A DNA stretch of 64,000 bases from Bdellovibrionales bacterium (lineage in GTDB: Bacteria > Bdellovibrionota > Bdellovibrionia > Bdellovibrionales > UBA1609): assembly GCA_028819545.1 (NCBI GenBank), contig JAPPLG010000016.1, forward strand, positions 5,160 to 69,159, written 5' to 3'. How positions within the stretch are numbered: position 1 is the stretch's first letter; the number at the start of each line of letters is the position of its first letter. Shown one piece after another: positions 46,021-55,698 of this stretch. Both the position numbers and the translations under genes were made by a program. The notes beneath the pieces were generated by a model. The model did not search any database. It saw only the letters and a list, made by a program, of their open reading frames with translations, and was not told where the DNA came from.

Positions 46021-46932
46021 ATGTTCGACTTATTTTTTTCACCTTCAGGGCGTATCAATAGGAAAGTTTTTATATGGAGCTGGTTCTCTTTAACATTCAT
46101 CGAATTGGGGATTACTTATTTTGTTGAACATCCTATAGGCTCTTTCTTGGTCATGTTGCCTGGTATGTACTGCATGGCTGTTTTATCTATCAAAAGATTT
46201 CATGACCTGGATAAGTCAGGCTGGTTTTATCTAACCTTATGGATTCCTATAGTGGGTCTATATTTTTATGCTCTTTTAGTCTTTAAGAAAGGTATAGCAG
46301 GAAACAATACTTATGGCCCTGACCCTTTAGAAAAGCAGAAACAAGTAAATACGCCTGTAGAGCCTGTCGCAAATCCTGCAGTAAACCAATACTCAATAGG
46401 ACCTCAAAAAGATATTATTTCCATCTCAGCAAATAGCAATCCAGTTCACTCAGCTTCTTCACCAGGTCTTGAGAAAAACTTGATTGTACGAGTTGGAATT
46501 GTGTTGATTATAGCCGCTATTATTGGTTACATGACCAACTCTGATGTTGATAATACTGAACATTTACAACAAAAATTGTCGAAACAAACTCCTGAGTCTG
46601 ACCGCGGTTTATCCGGCTCAACTGCAGAAAATAGTGAACTGGAAGAAAATCTTTTGGACAACCCACCATCTTCTAAGTTTGTGTTTAAAGTATTGAGTAT
46701 TGATAACGATGAAGTGACTGTGCAGTTTGAAAGAAATATCCCAATGAATATTAAATTTTTTGGGGTTTCAAAAGACTTGGTTAGAAGAGCAGAGATTCTT
46801 TCAAGAGCAGATCAAAGACAGGCGGTCATTTTTCTAAACAGTGCTTCTTTGTTGGAGATAGGAAAAAGGTATTACGGATACTTGGTAAACCCTTCGGAAG
46901 AACCTACTCCTCCCTCTGAAGACTGGCTCTAA
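46021..46932 (+). CDS. DUF805-type membrane protein with a long C-terminal extension
   Basis: GRINRKVFIWSWF... and KRFHDLDKSGWFYL match my memory of DUF805. An additional TM segment and a ~130-aa C-terminal domain follow. Confidence 0.7.
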   Translation: MFDLFFSPSGRINRKVFIWSWFSLTFIELGITYFVEHPIGSFLVMLPGMYCMAVLSIKRFHDLDKSGWFYLTLWIPIVGLYFYALLVFKKGIAGNNTYGPDPLEKQKQVNTPVEPVANPAVNQYSIGPQKDIISISANSNPVHSASSPGLEKNLIVRVGIVLIIAAIIGYMTNSDVDNTEHLQQKLSKQTPESDRGLSGSTAENSELEENLLDNPPSSKFVFKVLSIDNDEVTVQFERNIPMNIKFFGVSKDLVRRAEILSRADQRQAVIFLNSASLLEIGKRYYGYLVNPSEEPTPPSEDWL

Positions 46933-47162
46933 TAGGACTGGATTCCGGCCGGATGCATGACTGATTCCTGTGTTCATGGTTAATAACTGTGCTTTTGGAT
47001 TTTTTGCAAGCATTCGCTCACACTTTGCATAGGCTCTCTTCACTCAGAAAATCGTCCAGATTTTCTGCCTTGTGCTGAATACTTTCGTATTCAACACAAG
47101 TCGTTCGTTCAATTCGAATCCTGCCCCGATAAAAAAGAGAGGATCTATGATCCTCATCCTTT

Positions 47163-47645
47163 TATTTTTACAATTTTTTGTCTGTGCCTCAAGCGAGTTC
47201 GGATTTGATCACAGAGCGGCTAAAAGCCCACTCTGTGGCAAAACGCATGTTTGAGCTTTGAACCACTTATACCAGTCCTTCCTTGTCATAACGTACAATA
47301 AACGAAAACCCTATAACGAAGAAAAGTTCAAACTTTTGCTTCTTTGTATTTTTATAATTTTTTGTCTGTGCCTCAAGCGAGTTCGGATTTGATCACAGAG
47401 TGGCTAACAGCCAGCTCTGTGGCAAAACGCATGTTTGAGCCTTGAATCACTTATACCAGTCCTTCCTTGTCATAACGTACAATAAACGAAAACCCTATAA
47501 CGAAGAAAAGTTCAAACTTTTGCTTCTTTGTATTTTTATAATTTTTTGTCTGTGCCTCAAGCGAGTTCGGATTTGATCACAGAGTGGCTAAAAGCCCACT
47601 CTGTGGCAAAACGCATATTTGAGCCTTGAGGCACTGACAAAAAAT
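47163..47645 (+). repeat. 184-bp tandem repeat (about 2.6 units), each unit containing the conserved hairpin core
   Basis: TGTGCCTCAAGCGAGTTCGG starts at 47183, 47367 and 47551, a period of 184. The last unit closes with the IR GAGCCTTGAGGCACTGACAAAAAAT and abuts the tRNA-Gln 3' end. Confidence 0.92.
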
Positions 47646-47717
47646 ATGGGGTGGCAGGATTCGAACCTGCGCATGACAGAATCAAAATCTGTTGGCTTAC
47701 CACTTGCCGACACCCCA
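47646..47717 (-). tRNA. tRNA-Gln (anticodon UUG), CCA not encoded
   Basis: Reverse complement: TGGGGTGTCGGCAAGTGGTAAGCCAACAGATTTTGATTCTGTCATGCGCAGGTTCGAATCCTGCCACCCCA. It folds as a cloverleaf, with anticodon loop TTTTGAT and T-loop TTCGAAT. Confidence 0.9.
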
Positions 47718-47722
47718 AGAAC

Positions 47723-49153
47723 TTATTTCTTAATAACTACAATTCTTTTTAAATTGTATCGGCCCGGTTGGTCAAACCGAAGAACATACAAAACATTTTC
47801 ACGGGCATCCCTCAGCCTGTTAAAAGTATCTTCCACTGTCTGTACATTCTCCCCATTTACGCTAAAAACAATATCTCCCACTTTTAAACCAGCCCGCTGT
47901 GCATGAGAAGGAGATATAACCTCCACAACAATAGGCCTATGAGCGTAAATTAAAGGTAATTTTAAGCGTCGTGACAAACTGGCATCTGTTTGAGCCAAAT
48001 GAAAGCCCAAATTATAAGGAGCTTTATTCATATTGCTCGGAACTTTTTCAACAGAACTTCTTTGTGCTTGAGAAGTATTATTCGGTCTTTCCGCAACAAC
48101 CACAGTAAAGCTTTGCATTTGATTTTTTCTAAAGAGTTGACCTTTAACCTTTTCATTTACAGGAGTGGCAGAAACAATCTTAACTAACTCCCTGCTAGAG
48201 GCAATAGGAGTGCCGTTAAATTCAGTAATAATGTCATAGGGTTTAATTCCAGCTGTCTCAGCAGGGCCTCCCTGCACCACATCTACAATTAAGACACCTC
48301 TATGGGTTTTCCCATTGTAATCAAACTCAATTTTATTGGGATCCATTCGCACACCTAAAAATCCCCTCTTAACATAGCCATTGTTTTTCAAACTTTTTAA
48401 AATCGATTTCACATTGTGAATAGGAATGGCAAAACCAATATTGTTTGCATAAGGATTGATAGCCGTATTTACTCCAACAACTTCACCTTGAGTGTTAACC
48501 AAAGGCCCCCCGGAATTTCCCGGGTTGATGCTGGCATCTGTTTGTAAAAAAGGCAGAAGATTAATATCATCTATCTGACGGTCAATAGCTGAAATAATCC
48601 CCTTGGTCATTGTATTGGCATGTCCAAACGGATTTCCAAAGGCCGCAACCCACTCACCAACTTGAAGTTTGTTGCTGTCTCCCAATTCCGCCGACGTAAA
48701 CTCTTTTCGGGTTCTACTGTCTTTAATATTTATTTTTAACAAAGCAATATCTGTCGGACGATCCCTGCCTATCACCTTAGCCTTATAAATAGTGGGGTCA
48801 TCTTTAATTTGAATATGAATACTGTCAGCTTGATCCACCACATGTGCATTAGTTACGACATGACCGCTGTTATCTATAATAAAACCAGAACCCAATGAAT
48901 GTGGAGTCGGTAAAGAAGGGGAAGGAACAGGAGCATTTGGAGCCAACAGCATATCAAATATATCCACTTGTCTCATACGTTGTTTTTTTGTGGTTGATAT
49001 ATTGACAATGGAAGGCTGTATCTTCTTTGAAATTTGAATAAACAAATCTGCCGGCAAAGGCTTCCCCGGTTCAATTTTTGGAATAACAACTTCTTCTGAA
49101 ATTGAAAAAATCGGCAGTAATAAAAAAAGTATTAAAAATATTTTCATCTTCAT
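47723..49153 (-). CDS. htrA: Periplasmic serine endoprotease HtrA/DegP/DegQ family
   Basis: 476 aa with a signal peptide, catalytic triad context (VTNAHVV, DIALLK, GNSGGPL) and two PDZ domains. Confidence 0.93.
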   Translation of the reverse strand: MKMKIFLILFLLLPIFSISEEVVIPKIEPGKPLPADLFIQISKKIQPSIVNISTTKKQRMRQVDIFDMLLAPNAPVPSPSLPTPHSLGSGFIIDNSGHVVTNAHVVDQADSIHIQIKDDPTIYKAKVIGRDRPTDIALLKINIKDSRTRKEFTSAELGDSNKLQVGEWVAAFGNPFGHANTMTKGIISAIDRQIDDINLLPFLQTDASINPGNSGGPLVNTQGEVVGVNTAINPYANNIGFAIPIHNVKSILKSLKNNGYVKRGFLGVRMDPNKIEFDYNGKTHRGVLIVDVVQGGPAETAGIKPYDIITEFNGTPIASSRELVKIVSATPVNEKVKGQLFRKNQMQSFTVVVAERPNNTSQAQRSSVEKVPSNMNKAPYNLGFHLAQTDASLSRRLKLPLIYAHRPIVVEVISPSHAQRAGLKVGDIVFSVNGENVQTVEDTFNRLRDARENVLYVLRFDQPGRYNLKRIVVIKK

Positions 49154-49169
49154 AAACTCCTTACATACA

Positions 49170-49454
49170 CTATTCTTTTACTTTAATAAAATTCATTTTT
49201 AAATCACTAATACAATGGTCCAATAATTGGGACTCATTTTCTGTGCGATTGTTTTTAGTTTTTTCTTTCAAAACTTCCAGCATATCTATATTGAACCCAG
49301 CCATCTTCAGGTCTTTTTTATCTTTCATCTTTGGTTCTAAACCCATATAGATCAAAGCGGAAGAGGATATAGAAAGGATTAAATTAGAAAGGGATGCCGT
49401 TTCCAAATGTTTTAAAAACTCTTTGTCGTTAACATTGGTGTCTGTTTTATTCAT
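49170..49454 (-). CDS. Small conserved protein, DUF1844-like
   Basis: 94 aa. The LILSISSSALIYMGLEP...FNIDMLEVLKEKTKNN pattern resembles DUF1844 from memory. Confidence 0.5.
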   Translation of the reverse strand: MNKTDTNVNDKEFLKHLETASLSNLILSISSSALIYMGLEPKMKDKKDLKMAGFNIDMLEVLKEKTKNNRTENESQLLDHCISDLKMNFIKVKE

Positions 49455-49483
49455 AAACTCACCTCTTGTATAAATTTATTGTT

Positions 49484-50308
49484 TTAAATAGGAAAGGCTC
49501 CCGTTAACTTCTCGATTCTCTTTTCTATATGAGGATGAATATTGAAGTAAAAAGAGTTTTTAGTCAAGGGGTTTATTAAAAACAAGGAGTTTAAAAACAC
49601 AGGAGGCCTCTGATCTGAAACATCCCAAAACGTATGCATTTTCCATAACCATTCCGAGTATTGTTTTTTAGATGCAAATAGAGAAGAAAGCTCTTCATCT
49701 ATTAAGTAATATTGCTGATAAACCCAATACTGAAATGGAAATAAAATACAAAAACATAAAAAAGTTGGTATGCTTTCAACAGCACGTTTTGCAAAAAGAA
49801 TTTTTTTAAATATAAACAAGAAAGGTTGAAAAGGAAGAAAAATTAAAAACAAGAAATAACTCATCCAGGTAAAATTCTGAACAAACCCACGATCAAACAG
49901 TAAAGACATCGCCTTAAGCTGTAAGGTCATCTCTTCTTTATTGAAGTGTTTTAGAAGCGAAGAGCTTAAGATCAGTTTTTTATTATTATAAAAATCGTAA
50001 CCTAGAACAAATGGTGTGGAATGAGAATGTACAGTCAATTCCACTTGAGGCAAACACTGCTCTCTTAAATTTTTCAAATGCCAGGGGTCATACCCTTTTA
50101 GGGTCGTGCCTTCAAAAAACCTCTTCACTTGAGAGGTAAACAGCCATACCAGGGAGGAGAGAATTATAATAGAGAGAACTATACTTTGAATCCATAAAGC
50201 AAGACCAAATAGAAATAAAAAAAGAGACAAGAGAATGCTAAATTGTAAAAGAGCCCAACACCATCCCTGATAATTCTTCCAAAAAATATTTTTTTCTGTT
50301 TGATTCAT
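49484..50308 (-). CDS. Polytopic membrane protein, hypothetical (M48-like C-terminus, no HExxH)
   Basis: 274 aa with several TM segments. The C-terminal NIHPHIEKRIEKL resembles the tail of M48 peptidases, but no metal motif is seen. Confidence 0.5.
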   Translation of the reverse strand: MNQTEKNIFWKNYQGWCWALLQFSILLSLFLFLFGLALWIQSIVLSIIILSSLVWLFTSQVKRFFEGTTLKGYDPWHLKNLREQCLPQVELTVHSHSTPFVLGYDFYNNKKLILSSSLLKHFNKEEMTLQLKAMSLLFDRGFVQNFTWMSYFLFLIFLPFQPFLFIFKKILFAKRAVESIPTFLCFCILFPFQYWVYQQYYLIDEELSSLFASKKQYSEWLWKMHTFWDVSDQRPPVFLNSLFLINPLTKNSFYFNIHPHIEKRIEKLTGAFPI

Positions 50309-50340
50309 AAAAGAATTCCATTATATTATTTGATTTACTT

Positions 50341-51315
50341 ATGTCTTCATTACAGTCATCAGAGTTTAATTTCAAGCGTCTTTCGTCCTGTATGGATGAG
50401 GTTCGCAAAGTTATTGTCGGGCAAAATGAAATGCTTGAGGCTTGCTTTATCGGCTTATTAACAGAAGGTCATATTTTAATTGAGGGTTTGCCGGGTTTGG
50501 CTAAAACCTTAACGATTTCATCTGTAGCACAATCTTTAGACCTAAAGTTTCAAAGAGTGCAGTTTACCCCTGACCTTCTGCCTACAGATATTATTGGAAC
50601 CATGATTTATCAATCAGCTTTACATGAATTTAAAGTACGAAAAGGGCCTGTATTCACCAATATTTTACTGGCTGATGAAGTCAATCGCGCCCCTGCCAAA
50701 GTACAAAGCGCCCTACTGGAAGCTATGGGTGAAAAGCAAGTCACCATTTCTGACACCAGCTATCCATTAGAAAAACCCTTTTTAGTTCTAGCCACACAAA
50801 ATCCATTGGAGCATGAAGGCACCTATCCTTTGCCGGAAGCACAAATGGATCGATTTTTATTTAAGATTTTAGTTCATTATCCTTCCAGAAAAGAAGAAGA
50901 AGAAATTTTTAAAAGAATGTCTGTTAAAGATATTTATAAAATCCAAGCGCAAATTGAAGCTAAGGAGATTTTAGAGTTTCAAAAGCAGTCAGAAAAAGTT
51001 TACCTGGATGATAAAGTTATGAATTATATGCTGGACCTGATTATGGCTACCAGAGATCCGGCTCTTTATGGTTTGCTGGAATTAAAAGAATGGGTGCAAG
51101 TGGGAGCTTCTCCTCGAGCTACTATTGGTTTTCCAAAAGCATGTCGGGCTAGAGCTTTCTTAAATGGCAAAGACTATGTGACTGCAGAAGATGTAAAGGC
51201 TATGGCCTATCCCATTTTGAGACATCGATTGATTTTAACTTATGAAGCTCAAGCTGAAAATATTTCTCCAGATGACGTGATTGAATTGATCTTAAAACGG
51301 ATTCGAGTGCCTTGA
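50341..51315 (+). CDS. MoxR-family AAA+ ATPase
   Basis: 324 aa with GLPGLAKT Walker A and LLADEVNRAPAKVQSALLEAM. Confidence 0.92.
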   Translation: MSSLQSSEFNFKRLSSCMDEVRKVIVGQNEMLEACFIGLLTEGHILIEGLPGLAKTLTISSVAQSLDLKFQRVQFTPDLLPTDIIGTMIYQSALHEFKVRKGPVFTNILLADEVNRAPAKVQSALLEAMGEKQVTISDTSYPLEKPFLVLATQNPLEHEGTYPLPEAQMDRFLFKILVHYPSRKEEEEIFKRMSVKDIYKIQAQIEAKEILEFQKQSEKVYLDDKVMNYMLDLIMATRDPALYGLLELKEWVQVGASPRATIGFPKACRARAFLNGKDYVTAEDVKAMAYPILRHRLILTYEAQAENISPDDVIELILKRIRVP

Positions 51316-52184
51316 ACTCAGAAATTTTAAAAACAGTTTTAAAACTTCGTTTTTTACTGGCTAAAAAATCTAAGAGATCTTTTATGGGAGCCTATCGAAG
51401 CGCTTTCAGAGGGTCCGGTCTGACTTTTTCTGATTTTAGAGAATATACAGACGGAGATGATGTGCGCTCCATCTCCTGGCCTCTCACAGCAAAGATGAGA
51501 AAACCTTATATTAAAATGTTTGAAGAAGATCGCGGAAGCACTTTTGTTTTAATGGTGGATGTCAGCGCCTCTTCTGCTTTTGGAACACAAAATCGCAATA
51601 AAAAAGAAGTTATTCATCAATTGGCATCTTTACTGGCTTTAGCAACAGAGCAAAACCACGACCAATTAAGCCTTCTTCTCTTTTCAGACCGTACAGAACA
51701 CTATGTCCCTCCCAAAAAAGGCAGAACCCATACCTTAAGAATTATTCGGGATATTTATAATTTTAAACCTAAATCCAGAAAAACAAACTTAACAGAACCT
51801 TTCAGACATCTGGAAAATGTACTAAAGAAAAGGTGCTATATATTTTTATTAAGTGATTTTATAATGGATAACTTTGAACAACCTATACGCCGATTGAGAC
51901 ATAAACATGATGTCACTGCTATTGTCATCCAAGACCCCTTAGAGCAGAACTTTCCAAAACTTGGATTGATGGACTTGGAGGATATGGAATCCGGCAGGCG
52001 GATAACTGTAGATTCCTCTTCATCGTATTTTCAGGAACAATATCATATAATGACAAAAGACCATAAAAAGAAAATAGAAAAACAGTTACAAAAATCGGGA
52101 GTGGATTATTTTTACATTCAAACAAATGAGGATATCTTCAAACCTTTTATTCAATTTATGCAGAAAAAAAACAAAGCCAACTAA
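51312..52184 (+). CDS. DUF58 (VWA-like) protein, MoxR partner
   Basis: 290 aa with FREYTDGDDVRSISWPLTAKMRKPYIKMFEEDR. Its start overlaps the moxR stop. Confidence 0.85.
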   Translation: MNSEILKTVLKLRFLLAKKSKRSFMGAYRSAFRGSGLTFSDFREYTDGDDVRSISWPLTAKMRKPYIKMFEEDRGSTFVLMVDVSASSAFGTQNRNKKEVIHQLASLLALATEQNHDQLSLLLFSDRTEHYVPPKKGRTHTLRIIRDIYNFKPKSRKTNLTEPFRHLENVLKKRCYIFLLSDFIMDNFEQPIRRLRHKHDVTAIVIQDPLEQNFPKLGLMDLEDMESGRRITVDSSSSYFQEQYHIMTKDHKKKIEKQLQKSGVDYFYIQTNEDIFKPFIQFMQKKNKAN

Positions 52185-52199
52185 AAGGATTGACAACAA

Positions 52200-53012
52200 A
52201 TGAAAGTCAATTGTCATTTTCAAGATTCTTCTTCCTTCACAGTAGGTGAAGTACGCCTTTTAAAATGTAGAGGGGACATCCCTCCTTTTTCATCCTCTGT
52301 AAAAACTGAATTTCAAGATAAATCGAAAAAATACGCCTTACATATATTGGAAACAGTATCCATTCAAGATCAAGACATCACTTTAAAAGTCACTGGGTAT
52401 CAAACTGGTCAATATAAAGATTCTATTTTGAAACTCACTGATGGACAGCACTCTGTGAACATAGAAGGACTTTCATGGCAGGTTCCTTCTGTACTGACAT
52501 CCGAAACCGGACCTCACCCTCCTTATGGCCCATGGAAAATTAAAGTTCCTCTTTGGTATGAGCTTTCTTGGGGGTTTTTATTTCTTGTAATTTTAATATT
52601 TGGAATTTTCAGATTTAAAAAACATCGGTTAAAAACCCTTATTCGACAAAGAGTGGCAGACCGTTTGGAAGAAAAAACTCCTGTTCAATATTTCATCCGT
52701 CAACTCAGCTCCCTTTTTAGCTTAGAAAAAAACTCTGAAACATTTTTAGTTCAATTGCAAAAAAGTTTTAGAGCTTTTTTAGAAAATCAATTTGAAATTC
52801 CCCTTGAAGAGCCTGTTCACAAAGTCCTAAAGCATAAATCTATCGACAAAAAAGCCAGGCAAATTATTTCTGAGCTGGAAACAGCTTTGAAAGTGCAGGA
52901 TTCTTATTCTGAACAAGATGGAGAACAACTTTTAAACATGGTTCGAAGCTGGATCTTTCAATTTAATAAAAAAACCAGCCCTATGGACAAGCCAAAAGAG
53001 GAGATTGATTGA
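52200..53012 (+). CDS. Single-TM hypothetical protein in the Bat operon (DUF4381-like position)
   Basis: 270 aa with a central TM segment LSWGFLFLVILIFGIF. It sits between DUF58 and batA, as in other Bat operons. Confidence 0.55.
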   Translation: MKVNCHFQDSSSFTVGEVRLLKCRGDIPPFSSSVKTEFQDKSKKYALHILETVSIQDQDITLKVTGYQTGQYKDSILKLTDGQHSVNIEGLSWQVPSVLTSETGPHPPYGPWKIKVPLWYELSWGFLFLVILIFGIFRFKKHRLKTLIRQRVADRLEEKTPVQYFIRQLSSLFSLEKNSETFLVQLQKSFRAFLENQFEIPLEEPVHKVLKHKSIDKKARQIISELETALKVQDSYSEQDGEQLLNMVRSWIFQFNKKTSPMDKPKEEID

Positions 53013-54011
53013 ATGGCCTGGGAAACACCAAATGCTTTTTTTATTTTTATTCCTCTGTTGTTATCCTTGATCTTCCTGATCTTTTTTGGATTCAAAAGAA
53101 AATTATCTCTTCAATGGAGTTCTTTAAAGGATTGGTCAGCTTTATCCAACTCTTTTCGTGTTCTGCTCAGCTGGACGCCTATGATTTTACAATATATAGC
53201 AATTTCATTAATCATTTTTTCTTTAGCACGCCCTCAAACTTTCAATACAGCTAAAGTTCGCTCTTTGGACGGCATTGATATTATGGTGGTCCTGGATATT
53301 TCCTTTAGCATGATGGTTGAAGACATGCACCCCGGAAACCGCCTATCTGCCGCTAAACAAGTTATTGGACAATTTATTGAGGGTTTGCATTCCGATCGAG
53401 TGGGACTCATTTTATTTTCAGGAGAGTCCTACACAAAAACCCCTCTCACTTTAGATTATGTTCTATTGCAAGAAGAACTGGAAAAAGTTGAAACTTCGGC
53501 AGATATTCAACAAGGCACCGCCATTGGAGTGGCTTTAGCAAACGCTGTCTCCAGACTCAGGCATTCTTCCTCCCGTGTTATTATTTTACTCACTGATGGA
53601 GAAAACAATGCAGGAAATATCAGCCCAAGCACAGCTATTTCTTTAGCCCAAAAATATGACATTAAAGTTTATTCTATTGGTATCGGTACAGAGCAAAAAG
53701 GCCGCATCCCTATTAAAGAAAGAGATATGCTTGGAAGGGAAAGAACTATTTACACCACTATCCACAGCAGAATTAATAAAAAACTTCTTTCAGAGATATC
53801 TGAAAAAACAAATGGAAAGTTTTATCTGGCAAAAAGTTTAAGGAATTTATCAGAAATATTTGAAGAAATCAGTCAAATTGAAAAAAGCCCCATCCCAATA
53901 CAAGAACACAAAACCAAACAAGAGCATTTTCAAGAGTACTTAAAACCTGCTTTATTTTTATACTTACTGTCTTTATTGCTGTCCTTAACTGTTTTTGGAA
54001 AGATCATATGA
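53013..54011 (+). CDS. batA: VWA-domain membrane protein BatA
   Basis: 332 aa with N-terminal TM segments and MIDAS VLDISFSM. LLTDGENN block. Confidence 0.85.
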   Translation: MAWETPNAFFIFIPLLLSLIFLIFFGFKRKLSLQWSSLKDWSALSNSFRVLLSWTPMILQYIAISLIIFSLARPQTFNTAKVRSLDGIDIMVVLDISFSMMVEDMHPGNRLSAAKQVIGQFIEGLHSDRVGLILFSGESYTKTPLTLDYVLLQEELEKVETSADIQQGTAIGVALANAVSRLRHSSSRVIILLTDGENNAGNISPSTAISLAQKYDIKVYSIGIGTEQKGRIPIKERDMLGRERTIYTTIHSRINKKLLSEISEKTNGKFYLAKSLRNLSEIFEEISQIEKSPIPIQEHKTKQEHFQEYLKPALFLYLLSLLLSLTVFGKII

Positions 54012-55015
54012 TTTTATTTTCTGACACATTTTATTTATTTTATTTAATCACTGCTGTCATTTTATCAGCTTTGTTCTTCATAATGTTTCAATTAAAAAAA
54101 AGAAAGCTTAATCAATTTTTTAATAAAAATTCTTTTTTTAATCTTATACCTGAGTTTTCTTTTTCAAAAAAATTGATTAAGTTTATGTGCGCTGTATTTG
54201 CTGTTATTTGTATGATTTTAGCTTTAGCACGCCCTCAACTCCCGGATGAAACTGTTTTAGAAAAAGTTGAAGGAGTGGAACTGATGATTCTAGCAGACGT
54301 GTCAAAGAGCATGTTGGTCGAGGATGTCAGCCCTAACCGTTTATCTTTGATGAAAGCTCAGCTCAGCCGTTTTATTCAATCTTCTCAAGGGAAACATCGA
54401 GTTGGATTGATTGCTTTTGCAGGCTCCTCTTTTTTAATTTCCCCTCTGACCTCGGATTTATCCTTGTTAGTAAATTATCTGCACTCTCTATCAATCGATA
54501 TGGTAAGTTCTCAAGGGACAGACTTTAAAACTGCCTTAGAACAAGCTCAAAAATCTTTCGAAGGAGGATCTACTCATCAGGGGGGAACTCGCGCCATCAT
54601 CATTGCATCAGACGGGGAAGACCATGAGGTTGGAGCATTAGAACTTGTCCGGTCTTTGAGTGAACAAGGCATTCGTTTTTTTACACTTGGTTTTGGCACC
54701 GAACAGGGAGGAAAAATCCCTTTAGAAAGAGAAGGAGGTTATCAAAAAGATGCTCAAGGACAAGAGATTCACTCCAAACTTAAAACCCGTACATTAAAAG
54801 AGTTTGCAAAAATTGGAAAAGGTGCTTTTTATCACATCTCTTCATCTTCAAATTTTTCTGAAAAATTACATCAAGATCTAAAAACTCTGGACCAACAAGT
54901 TTTTGAAGAACGAAATCAACAAACCCGCCAGGAGCTATTTCAATACTTTTTAGTACTGGCTTTAATTTTTTCATTTGCTCATCTCTTAATAGATGAAAAA
55001 AAGAAGGTCAGTTGA
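54008..55015 (+). CDS. batB: VWA-domain membrane protein BatB
   Basis: 335 aa with MIDAS LADVSKSM and IIASDGEDH. Its start overlaps the batA stop. Confidence 0.85.
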   Translation: MILFSDTFYLFYLITAVILSALFFIMFQLKKRKLNQFFNKNSFFNLIPEFSFSKKLIKFMCAVFAVICMILALARPQLPDETVLEKVEGVELMILADVSKSMLVEDVSPNRLSLMKAQLSRFIQSSQGKHRVGLIAFAGSSFLISPLTSDLSLLVNYLHSLSIDMVSSQGTDFKTALEQAQKSFEGGSTHQGGTRAIIIASDGEDHEVGALELVRSLSEQGIRFFTLGFGTEQGGKIPLEREGGYQKDAQGQEIHSKLKTRTLKEFAKIGKGAFYHISSSSNFSEKLHQDLKTLDQQVFEERNQQTRQELFQYFLVLALIFSFAHLLIDEKKKVS

Positions 55016-55698
55016 TGAACAAGTGGGAGTGGTGTTTATCTTTTTTATTGGCTTTTGCAGTTATCTTTTTAACTGGTCTTTACTTCCAACAATTTCAGCC
55101 TTATCAACTGGGGTTAAAATTTCTGAAAGATAAAAATTACTCATCCGCCAAAGAAGAATTTTTACATATATTAGGCAAAAATCCTTTTTTATTTCCTGCA
55201 CGATTGAATCTGGCTTTGGTTGAATCTCTTCAAAAAAACATCCCAAATGCTATGGGAGAATATCAAGTTGTTGCTGAAGACTCCCCGGATAAAGAAGAGC
55301 GTTTTCAAGCTCAGTTTAATACAGCTATACTGCAGTTTCTTTCAGGAAAAATCCCTGCTTCTTTAGACCATTATCAACAGGCTCTAGAAGAAACCCCTGA
55401 ATCTATGGAAGTAAAAGTCAATATTGAGTTGATGATGTTGGCCCATGAACAAGAACAAAAACAACAACAGCAGGAACAAGAGGAGCAGGAGCAAGAAAAA
55501 CAAAATAAAGATTCCAAAGATGGATCTGAACAAACAGTACAAGAAATGAAAGAAGAGCAGGGTGAAGAAAAAATGAAAGAAAAGATGAATGAAGATCAAA
55601 TTCAGTTTATATTCAAGGAATTGGAAGAACGTGAAAGGAAATTAAGATCCCGCCTGCAAGATCAAGAGGGAAAAAGAAGAAGAGGAAAATCATGGTAA
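55012..55698 (+). CDS. batC: TPR-like protein BatC with an E/Q/K-rich tail
   Basis: 228 aa with an N-terminal TM segment, TPR-like helices and low-complexity EQEQKQQQQEQEEQEQEKQ. Confidence 0.6.
   Translation: MMNKWEWCLSFLLAFAVIFLTGLYFQQFQPYQLGLKFLKDKNYSSAKEEFLHILGKNPFLFPARLNLALVESLQKNIPNAMGEYQVVAEDSPDKEERFQAQFNTAILQFLSGKIPASLDHYQQALEETPESMEVKVNIELMMLAHEQEQKQQQQEQEEQEQEKQNKDSKDGSEQTVQEMKEEQGEEKMKEKMNEDQIQFIFKELEERERKLRSRLQDQEGKRRRGKSW

Noticed and set aside
44324-46950. A perfect 13-bp inverted repeat, GGCCGGAATCCAG (44324-44336) / CTGGATTCCGGCC (46938-46950), flanking the acidic lipoprotein and DUF805 genes. Related CCGGAATCCAG occurs at about 22280, and GAATCCAGTGCA in the left-end modules.
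   Set aside because: Tens of chance 13-mer matches are expected in a 64-kb window. The recurrence hints at a shared motif, but I cannot separate that from chance without a genome-wide count, so it is not called as element termini.
47100-47125. A tRNA-like fragment (TTCGAATCCTGCC) that could be an att-site remnant of tRNA-Gln.
   Set aside because: Only ~13 nt match, and the T-loop sequence is common to many tRNAs. The fragment is in inverted rather than direct orientation relative to the tRNA gene, and the acceptor part does not match.
47163-47645. Whether the tandem repeats form a CRISPR array.
   Set aside because: The period is 184 bp and the inter-core sequence is itself repeated rather than being unique spacers. 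There are only ~2.6 units and no cas genes. It is therefore a tandem duplication of a structured element.
53009-53254. An 81-aa ORF (53009-53254) overlapping the batA start, and ORF 53656-53841 inside batA.
   Set aside because: These are alternative frames of a gene with a clear VWA/MIDAS signature and carry no independent support.
55384-55599. An antisense 71-aa Leu/Phe-rich ORF opposite the BatC tail.
   Set aside because: It is an artefact of the GAA/CAA-rich low-complexity coding region read on the other strand.
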